Below, in pieces: positions 53,297 through 64,000 of a stretch of 64,000 bases of DNA; positions within the stretch are counted from its first letter, which is position 1; every line of letters begins with the position of its first letter. Source of the stretch: Eledone cirrhosa. Lineage: Eukaryota. The translations under genes and the position numbers were made by a program. The notes under the pieces were generated by a model, which saw nothing but the letters and a program-made list of their open reading frames with translations, was not told where the DNA came from and did no database searches. Location of the stretch: NCBI GenBank assembly GCA_964016885.1, contig OZ024741.1, positions 214,768,001 to 214,832,000 on the forward strand, written 5' to 3'.

Positions 53297-53759
53297 CCGA
53301 ATTGGTGTGGGAAAGACAGGTACACATGTTGTTGAAGTGTGTTTTTCTCTGTCAATACTCCGATATGTCCAGCTCCTGGTTGCGTTGTTATTTCTCTGGA
53401 ATTATACATATATATATATAGGAACAAGTATGACCCAACATCATTGGATACCATCAGAGTTGCAAGTATTATATCAGAGTTTTCCTCCTCCTAGAATTCT
53501 GCCTTGACAAAGTGATTTTGGATGGCCATTGACTTTTAAGAGCTCCTTTGCCCTTTGACAGATTAAACAGATTACAGCAAACATAACGGGCGCTCTATCT
53601 CAAAATTATTTTTGAAAAGCATTAGAAATGCGCAACCGGTAAAAATTTAAAGCAAAAAACTGAATACTAACCAATACCTATTACTAATTTATACTTATTC
53701 CTAATTAAACTATTTTTCACTGGAAAAATTTGTCACCATTTTCTTTTCCTTTCCTTTTA

Positions 53760-53847
<88 letters not shown>

Positions 53848-54719
53848 GGAACAAGTATGACTCAAGGCGTTTCGACTGAAATGTCCAGAAATAGCCGTCG
53901 AAACGACTTGAGCTCTGCCCTCTGGGTCATACTTGTTCCTATTGCCCACTCTACTACCCTAAGTATTGAGTACTTTGGTGCATTATGGTCCATCTGGTTC
54001 CTTACCACAATTCCTTCGTTATATATATATATATATATACATATATATATACGGAAAACGTAAACGGAAACAAGAAAACAAACAATTAATTCAGTGCAAT
54101 GAAGAAAATTATCAGTTTAATGGTTGATGTAACAGGAAGAATGTTTTTACACTTCGTACACAAGTCCTTCATCAGATGATAGAATGAGAAATGAAATAGG
54201 AAATAAAGAGATAGAGATTGAGTAGAAGAAGGGGTGGAGGGGGGATTTTTTTGGTGAAAAATCATATATATATTCAGTCACCCATTTTGGATCTACCTAT
54301 CTACCTCTCCCTCTCTCTCAGAGAGTCATACAGATAGGTAGATACAAAGATAGATATATAGATAGATAGATAGACTGATAGATACATACATGCATACATA
54401 CACATATGGTGGCTGCCAACTCGCTTTCGAGTACGGCCACTACTTTATATTCATGTAGGAGAACCCCTTTCGATGCGTTGAACGGGTGTGACACTTTAGT
54501 CAAGCCAACGACTTGAAAACTCTGGTACAAACACTACACTTGTGACAATTATTGGCACATAGTGCTGGGCCCATGGTACCATGTGACGACAAGTGCAGAG
54601 AGATCTCCAGATATAAAGCAATGCCTGTGCCGTGAAGCTTTTATAGTGAGCAAAGGCACTGCACAAAGCCAGTCCCACTCTCTTAACCAAGATGATATTT
54701 ACCAAAAAGAAGAACAAGT

Positions 54720-55015
54720 CAACATCATTGGATACCATCAGGGTTGCAGGTGTTATATCAGAGTTTTCCTTCTCCTAGAATTCTGCCTTGACAAAGGCTA
54801 AGGGGTCATCTCTCCCGGTGATTTAGGATGGCCATTGACTCTTAAAAGCTCCTTTACCCTTTGACAGGTTTTGTCTTTAGTCCTGCAGGATGTCCAAAGT
54901 CCCCCTCCTCACCAAGAAACCTTGGTGGGGTTGCCAGTTTAGTCGCCAACGACCCGACCATGAGACAGGTTGTACTGGGATACATGTTACCAGAAGCACC
55001 AACTGGTGACCTGAC
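54720..55015 (-). mobile_element. Dispersed repeat resembling a LINE 5' end; partial copy at 53437-53562
   Basis: Two homologous copies in the window; abuts (TACA)n; structured minus-strand start. Confidence 0.4.
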
Positions 55016-55212
55016 ATACATACATACATACATACATACATACATACATACATACATACATACATACATACATAGACTTTTTTGTTGTTGATAAAATGGG
55101 ACACTTTTGTCCCAACAGTATTATAAATTATGGCAAATTTATCCCAGTAGTATCCACCTTGCTTAAAATGATTAGCAATAAAAATAGTATCTATTTATTG
55201 CTAAATTATGAA

Positions 55213-55387
55213 TAATTGTTTCTACTTTGTGCACAAGGCCACCGATTATCCCACTGTATTACTGGTACTTTAATTTATCGACCTCGTAAGGATGAAAGGC
55301 AAAGTTAACCTCGGTGGGATTTGAACTCAGCCCATAAAGGGCCGTAACTCTTTGCGACCCTCTACCGATACTGCTATTCCACCGCCT
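55213..55387 (-). mobile_element. Meta-like tRNA SINE with ~16 bp TSD
   Basis: CTAAATTATRAATAAT flanks both ends. Confidence 0.8.
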
Positions 55388-55749
55388 AAATTATAAATAA
55401 TATCGATTTCTAATTGATACAAGATCAACAAATTTGGGAAAGGGCAAATTTGATTAATTTCTCCTCAACACTTGACTGGTAATTTTTTTTATCGAACCAG
55501 GAAGGACAATAAGCGAAGTTGACCTTGGAGGGATTTGAACTCAAATTATAAATAGCCGGAACTAATACCACAAGGGAATTTTTATCCGACTCCCTATAAA
55601 TGTTGCCAATCCCTTATGTTATGTTAAATATTGGAAAGACAATTCAATAGATTGGATATTGTAGACTTAAATAAACTATATTTGTGTAAAAGATGAGATG
55701 GAAAACCTTTGATCGTTTCCCCCTGAAAGAATGACCTTGAGCAATATGA

Positions 55750-56260
55750 AGTTAAGTGTATTGATAAAAGACACAATGTACTGCCAGGAATGGAACCTAA
55801 GACCGTGAGCGGAGCACCCTAAATCTTAAATGACGGCCTTCATATCAACATGTGGTGAGCACCCTTATCCCTAAACCACGTACACTCATATCAACAGGTG
55901 CCGAGGACCCTAATCCTTAAACGACCCATCTTCACATCGACATGAACTACGTGCCCTAATCCCCAAACCAGGTTCCTTCACAGCAACATGAGCTAGGCAG
56001 CCTAATCCCTAAACGACGCACCTTCACATCACTATGAGCCAAGCGCCCTAAATTCTAAACCACATGCTTTTACATCAATATGAGCCGAACGCCCTAATAC
56101 CTAAATGGTGCACATTCACATCAACATGAGCCAAGGAGCCTAATCCCTACACAACGCACATTCACCTCTATGTGATCCGAGCACCTTAATCATTAAATCA
56201 CATGCCTTCACATTAACATGAGCCGAGCAGCCTAAAATCTAAACGACGCACCTTCACATA
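55750..56260 (-). repeat. ~46 bp tandem repeat (about 10 units) derived from a CORE-SINE tRNA head
   Basis: Unit reverse complement GTGAAGGTGCGTCGTTTAGGGATTAGGGTGCTCGGCTC resembles the SINE head at 61915-61952; decayed B-box/CORE sequence lies to the left. Confidence 0.65.
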
Positions 56261-56502
56261 AAAAATATTTACGGTATGTTTTTACTAGGAAGTGTAGTTT
56301 CAACAACATGCAAGCAGCATTTATCAGCTACAATTTAAGAAACAGGCAGATGGTATATTCTAGGATGAACAGTAATAAGATGACTCATTCCCTACAACCA
56401 TCTAACTTCCCATCCTTTTATTCATTTATATATTTATTACTCTTAATTATTACTATATCGTAAAAAGAAAAACAAAATACTTCCAAAAATCATTATTATT
56501 GG

Positions 56503-56806
56503 TTAACTTTGCCTTTCATCCTTACGGGGTCGATAAAATAAAGTACCAGTAATGCACTGGTTTATTGCTGGCCTTCTGCCAAAAATAGAAACAATTATTA
56601 TTGGCAGTATTAAGGGCGGTGGATTGGCAGTATCAGTAGAGGGTCGGACGCCGTGCTTTGCAGCATAGAGTTTTGGCCGTTTACGTTCTGATTTCAAATC
56701 CACCTGAGGTTAACTTTGCCTTTCCTCCTTACAGGGTTGATAAAATAATGTACCAGTAATACACTGGGATAATTGCTGGCCTTGTGCCAATAATAGAATC
56801 AATTAT
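56503..56806 (+). mobile_element. One truncated plus one full-length Meta-like tRNA SINE in tandem
   Basis: Head GGGCGGTGGATTGGCAGTATC at ~56614; tails CTGGCCTTSTGCCAAWAATAGAAWCAATTATT. Confidence 0.8.
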
Positions 56807-57383
56807 TTAATGTTTGGACTTAATTTATTATATCTTACATGCCATCTGTAACAGCTCCTACTATGACTGTGACTCTACACAAACACTATGTATATATCCT
56901 ATCCTTGTATAGTCTCCATTATCTGAGTGCCCTTGTGGCAAATATACAAATATTTATTATCATCAGCATCAGTGTCAGAAATCACCATCACCATCATCAT
57001 CATTGGCACCACCACCACCATCATCATCGATGTATCGACTAGCATGGTAGTGGTTAAGTTACTACCCATCACTAGTCTGGAAGTTCCTGTTCAATCGTCC
57101 ATCCTCCTCAGATACATCGGTCTCCACCATTCAATCGACCCTCTCAAACGATCGTAAAACAATGAACTAACTCTCTACCCATAACTGACTTCATTTTTTA
57201 TTATTCAAACACACATATATGTAAATGACTCTGTAACCTGGATTGATTTGCTTCGAGAATACCTTAGGCTGCGACCACCTACCCCAACAACTGCTGGTCA
57301 CACTGCCGATTCACGCCGCAACTATCCCTCCTATCATTCATTGAGTTCTAACAACGGTTTCAGTCCCACCACAACCAAGTGGA

Positions 57384-57821
<438 letters not shown>

Positions 57822-58153
57822 TTATATAGATAGATATATAGATATATAGATAGATAGATATGTATATATATATAACGAAGGAAGTGGGGTAAGGAACCAG
57901 GTGGACCATAACGCACCAGAGTACTCGAAACTTGGGGTAGTTCAGCCACCCCCACCCACCGCCACTATGAAGGAATTTAACTGTGTTTACAAAACTGTTG
58001 ACCACTCCCCGTGACAGAAAGGAAAAACAACTTCTAGAACTGTTTGATATAAGAATATTAAAACGCTCTCACTGCATACCCATATATGGAAGTACCCCAT
58101 GATAAGTTCAGCTAGACTACTACCGTCCTGACAGTAGTAGTATATATATATAT

Positions 58154-58244
<91 letters not shown>

Positions 58245-58247
<3 letters not shown>

Positions 58248-59479
58248 TATTATATTTAGAGTTTAAACTCAAACAGTCATTTACAATTAATTAGCTCAAA
58301 GAAAGAAGCATTTCTGAGCCGTGAAATACAAGTTAATATAAATTAATATATGATAAACACCTAAGTGTTTGTATTGTAAAAGACGAAGTTAGCTAGAATG
58401 AAATAAACTAATTCAAATAAATATAGCTTGCCTGTATCGATTTAAAATAATAAATCAATATACACAAACTCATATTGGCAAATAGCCGTGGTACCTGGAC
58501 AAATTTAAATTTCAAAATTCAAACCTTTTCCGCAGATCAATCCGAACTTCAAAATCCAAACAAGTTTCGCAAACGATGGTATAAAAAGTGAAATAATCAA
58601 TTTTCTGTGCTTATCAACAGGTACCCAGAAAAATGAGGTTACTTCACCTTGATTATTTCACTTTTTATACCATCGTTTGCGAAACTTGTTTGGATTTTGA
58701 AGTTCAGATTAAATTTCGGAAAAGGTTTGAATTTTGAAATTTAAATTTGTCCAGGTACCACGGCTATTTGCCAATATGAGTTTGTGTATATTGATTTATT
58801 ATTTTAAATCGATACAGGCAAGCTATATTTATTTGAATTAGTTTATTTCATTCTAGCTAACTTCGTCTTTTACAATACAAACACTTAGGTGTTTATCATA
58901 TATTAATTTATATTAACTTGTATTTCACGGCTCAGAAACGCTTCTTTCTTTGAGCTAATTAATTGTAAATTACTGTCTGAGTTTAAACTCTAAATATAAT
59001 ATGATATTACTGCTCCTTCGGTAGAGCTAATTTTTAATCCCATATAAACGGCTGTTATTTCTAGCGCCATGAATATGAGATAGCTAGAGAGCTGGAAAAA
59101 CCGAGTGCAAAACCTCGTGCGTTTTGTACTCGAAACCAGACCTTCAACATTTTTTCGAGGTGAAGTAACCTAATTTTTCTGGGTACCTGTTGATAAGCAC
59201 AGAAAATTGATTATTTCACTTTTTATACCATCGTTTGTGAAACTTGTTTGGATTTTGAAGTTCGGATTGATCTGCGGAAAAGGTTTGAATTTTGAAATTT
59301 AAATTTGTCCAGGTACCACGGCTATTTGCCAATATGAGTTTGTGTATATTGATTTATTATTTTAAATCGATACAGGCAAGCTATATTTATTTGAATTAGT
59401 TTATTTCATTCTAGCTAACTTCGTCTTTTACAATACAAACACTTAGGTGTTTATCATATATTAATTTATATTAACTTGT
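58245..59479. mobile_element. 558 bp-unit element: inverted copy plus ~1.5 tandem units, TA-flanked
   Basis: 58245-58650 is inverted relative to 58650-59007 and 59157-59479; period 58651 to 59209; hairpin plus GAAA at 59103-59135. Confidence 0.8.
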
Positions 59480-59480
59480 A

Positions 59481-59643
<163 letters not shown>

Positions 59644-59888
59644 GTATGTATGTGTATATATATATATATGTATATGTATATGTATATGTATAGCTATATA
59701 TATATATATATATATATATATAACGAAGGAAGGGTGGTAAGGAACCAGATGGACCATAACGCACCAGAGTACTCAGTAGTTAGGGTAGTAGAGTGGGTAA
59801 TAGGAAAATGTTCAAGACCCCGACGGCAGAGCTCAAGCCGTTTCGACGGCTATTTCTGTACTGGAATAGCCGTCGGGGTCTAGAACAT

Positions 59889-59930
<42 letters not shown>

Positions 59931-59979
59931 TGAACACGCATTTGGCAAATAAATTCAAATATCACTCTTTTTTTCTCGC

Positions 59980-60630
59980 AGGAACTACAACCAGCGGATT
60001 GCAATGAAAAGACCAAACGAAATATTGTCTCCATGCTCCGTTCTGACGATTAGCTGTCCTTTCTGTGTAAAACTGCAGCCGGCAGATAGGATCAACAATG
60101 GAAAACCAATGGAAACATTGTTTCCTTGGTCCGCTCTGACAATCAGATCCTTTCTTTTACCCGGAACTGCAACTGGCAGATAGGACCAGCAATCGAAAAA
60201 CCAATGGAAACATGTTCTCGGGAATAGTTTTGAACTAGGAGTCGTGGCGGATTACTTAACTGTCTTTTTGTCATCACAAGGTGGCTTTTGTGGCCGCCAA
60301 CAGTTGGTGACTCATTAGAACATCTGACTGATAAAATGACAAGTCAGTCAATCATATTGGTGACCTCCACACAGCTCCGGTGCGCAGAATGGAGAAGGCG
60401 TTTCCCCGGAGGACGGCGAGGGAGACGCGCTGGAAAAGCCATTCCAGCTCGCGACGTTCACACCTGCGACTGGCCAGCTCAACACCTATGGAGGTGAGTA
60501 TGGAAACATCATTGCCATTGTCTGCTCTGACAATCAGATACCAGGAACTGCAACCGGCAGATAGGATCAGCAACGGAAAAAAAAACAATGGAAACTTCAT
60601 TGCCATGGTTCTGACGATTGATTCCTTTAC
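59980..60630. repeat. ~92 bp degenerate tandem repeat interrupted by a CRE-like fragment
   Basis: GGAACTGCAACCGGCAGATAGGATCAGCAA...AATGGAAAC units at ~59980, 60072, 60162, 60544. Confidence 0.6.
60290..60500 (-). pseudogene. 3' fragment of CRE-like RLE retrotransposon
   Basis: SIGVELASRRCERRELEWLFQRVSLAVLRGNAFSIL. Confidence 0.65.
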
Positions 60631-61181
60631 TCGTTTTTCTTTCTTTTTTGTTTTTTTTTCCACATGAATATAGATGAAACTACTTAATGGCCTTAACATT
60701 CGCTCATGCGGTGTGGAGTTCTTCTCAGAAGACCTTCTGCTGTCCGGCTCTCCTAAGAGTTTCTTACCGCCACTGTATCGTTTCTAATGATAAGAATTTG
60801 AACTAAGAACCTAGTGTGATCTAAATGATTAAAAAAACACAACAAATTCTATTTTCCCGACTCTCTACCCACACCTCATTCCATTCGTTCTATTTTTCAA
60901 ATTCAATTCGAGGAAGTATAACGAGAAGATCTAACGTTCTTTTTTCAGTATTTGATTGCAGATATTATTTAGCAAGGCCCAGTTGTTTAATGAGGTTTGC
61001 AAAACATAAAATCGAATTTATAGGTTTAAGGTATGTTTTCAACGATAGTTAATAATCGATTAGCTTTAGAACAACCACATAAAAATCAAGGTCTTTATAT
61101 ATAAGATACATAATATATGTATACAAGATACATAATATATATATAAGATACATAATATATGTATATATATATATATATATA

Positions 61182-61224
<43 letters not shown>

Positions 61225-61261
61225 GTATGTCTATATCTATATATATCTATATATATACGTA

Positions 61262-61332
<71 letters not shown>

Positions 61333-61914
61333 ATGTACGTATATATATATACAAACATATATATATATATATTTATTTATGTATTTATATACACCCACCG
61401 AAACACACACACACACACAAACGCACACAGACACCCAAACACACCCACATACAAATACACAGAAATACACACACATATATATATACATACATATATATAT
61501 ACATATATATATGTGTGTGTGTGTTTGTGTGTTTATGTATATATATGTATTTATAGTTACGTATGTATGTACACACGCGCGCGCACACACACACATACAC
61601 ACATACATACATATATATATATATATTATACATATTATTTTCTCGTGTTTTTAATAAACACAAAATATTGTTTTTTGAAGCTATATTGCTATATTGTTTA
61701 ACCTGATGGCCTCAATATTTAACCTCTAACAACATATTCAATTATTCTCAAATTATTTCATTTCATTAGTTATCTCCATTTCCATCACCCGCATTAAGCT
61801 TTGGTCGTATTTCTTTTCATATGTCTTTATTCACCACGTATAGGGGCGTAAAAGAAAATACCGCTATCATTAACGACTGTTATTGATTGTTTCTTAACTA
61901 GCGACTAGAACAGT

Positions 61915-62262
61915 GTGAAGGCGCATGGTTTAGTGATTTGAGCATCGGACTTACAATCATTACGTTGTGAGTTCGATTCTCGGACAGGTATTTGCGTTGT
62001 GTTCTTGAGCAAGACACTTTATTTCATGTTGCTCCAGTTCACTCAGCTGTAGAAACATATTGCAACGTCACAGGTGCCAAGCTGTATTTGCCATTGATTT
62101 TCCCTTGGGCAACATCGGTGGCGTGGAGATGGGGAGACTGGTATGTATGGACGACTGCTGGTCTTTTGCAAACAACCTTGCTCAGACTTGTGCCTTAGAG
62201 GGAAACTTTCTTTTCTAGGTGCAAATCCCATGGTCATTCCTGACCGAAGGGGGTCTTTACTC
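61915..62262 (+). mobile_element. tRNA-derived CORE-type SINE
   Basis: A-box TGGTTTAGTG, B-box GAGTTCGATTC, CORE-like TGTGTTCTTGAGCAAGACACTTTA; minus-strand fragments at ~26185-26250 and 49180-49300. Confidence 0.7.
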
Positions 62263-63573
62263 ATTTTTTACTAGAACAGTTAACAGGGAAAGTTATAAAG
62301 GGACGTGCATACAGACGGTAAAGGGAAGTAACTGGATACAGAAAGCTATTGTGACCATCATTCTAACGACGTAACAACCCTTATAACAACAATACCAGGC
62401 GGCAATTTGGCAGAGTCGTTAAAATGTTGGAAAGAATACTTTGAGTTATTCGTTTTAACTTTCTGTTTACTGAGTTCAAATCCCGTCGAGATAAGCTTCT
62501 CCGGTCTTAGATAACTCGGCTGGAAAACTGATAAAAAACATGCCGAGCGTCAGATCAAAGCAAGGAGACAGTGTTTCCATTGGTATTTCTATTACTGGTA
62601 CTAGCAGAAAAACCACCCTGTGAAGGGTGGTTTTCTGCAACATGTGTAGTGTGCATATTGATATGATACGCAAGTATATATGCATGTAGATATGATACAT
62701 CAAATAAAATCGTAATTGACAATATACACAGAAATTGAACGAAGACTGCGCTACACTCTCTTATATAATCAGAAACGTAATCCATGATGCATTAAAAAAA
62801 GACGATATTATATATAAACTGTATTAGGAGAAAATTAGTGACGAAAATATATGAATGTTTATTTAAGCGATCGCTAACCGGAAGTGTCGACATTTGAACA
62901 TTTTAAAGAAGTGAATCTTTAAATAAGTAATAAAATATATTTAATGAACAGCCACGAAATTTAGTAGATAAATTATGTAATATTCATTCATTATTTTACA
63001 AACGGGATAACAAATATATTCTGGATGCAGTACCGCACTCCTCACTTTATTATAGTTTAGATTATCTATCGGCCGCAATTCCAGACAGTAGAGTTACCGA
63101 TTGTACCGATAAATCATTTGAACTCAGAATGACACAAATTCGGATCAGACACCGCGACCCATCCGATCCAAATTCCTACGACGTATCGCTTGATAATCGA
63201 TTGAGAATGCGAAATGCATTGGAACTAATATATATTTCGAAAGTAACATCTCTGGTTCTTGTTTTTCTTTATCTTCTCCACTCAATCTACTTTTCTCACT
63301 CCTCACTCGATTAAGTCCTTAATATTTACAACCCCACATCAATAGCCATGGCTTCCAACACATTACCTCTTTATTATATCACAATATATTTCAAGGAAAC
63401 TCTCTGCTGTACCGAAACTACAAGGATTTTCAGAAGTTGTGAAAAGAGAAGCAACGGTTTTTGCCTTGTGCACCCTTCTTCTTTGTATATTTCTATTAGA
63501 CATATTCTGAGCTCCATGGATCCTTTTAGCACCTGTCAAAATATACACTACCCGAAATCTATCTTTCTTTCTT

Positions 63574-63574
<1 letters not shown>

Positions 63575-63633
<59 letters not shown>

Positions 63634-63699
63634 GTCTCTATCTCTCATTCTCTCTCTCTCCTTTCTCTCTCATTCTCTATCTCTCTCTATCTCTCTCCA

Positions 63700-63782
<83 letters not shown>

Positions 63783-63795
63783 ATCTCTCTCACTC
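63575..63795. repeat. (CT)n microsatellite
   Basis: Direct reading. Confidence 0.95.
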
Positions 63796-64000
63796 CTGCT
63801 TTTTTCTATCTCTACCTATTCTCCTTTCATCCACGTCCTGTACCTTAGGCTGTTTACACACTAAATTTGTGTGATTCATCGAAAGGCACAATTTGTCTTA
63901 TGTCTCCCTATTTTGTTGTTGGAGTCCGTTGCAAACTGGAAGGAATAGTCTGAATATTAATAAACAGAAACTATAAAGATTTCGAGATGTTGACTGAACA

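Noticed and set aside
56612-56710. tRNA genes (here and at 61915-61990)
   Set aside because: A/B boxes continue into SINE core and tail with no cloverleaf; they are SINE heads.

Overview
AT-rich, microsatellite-saturated eukaryotic DNA with no convincing host protein-coding gene; the repeat content (tRNA-derived SINEs, Penelope-like elements, R4/Dong and Tx1 LINEs, TA/TG/TAA tracts) suggests a cephalopod (Octopus-like) genome, which is my inference. Two systems dominate. (1) Hammerhead ribozymes (HHRs): about 25 minimal type-I HHR motifs read by eye. Nine sit in a near-perfect 488-494 bp tandem array (21254-25686) whose first ~1.5 units are inverted, i.e. a retrozyme-like non-coding retroelement. 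A second ~439 bp HHR unit (8727-9234) shares with it an octamer/TATA-like module 80-85 bp upstream of the catalytic core. The same 'inverted 3' copy + body, flanked by (TA)n' layout recurs in Penelope-like elements (17246-19719, 50040-52810) and a 558 bp unit (58245-59479). (2) A ~19.7 kb nest (26660-46350) in a (TAA)n microsatellite, where + strand R4/Dong-like RLE retrotransposons alternate tail-to-tail with - strand Tx1-like LINE fragments and a SINE with a similar tail; it includes a 3554 bp duplication whose central copy is chimeric. Most ORF-track entries are microsatellite translations or antisense shadows. All coordinates were read manually and may be off by a few bases.
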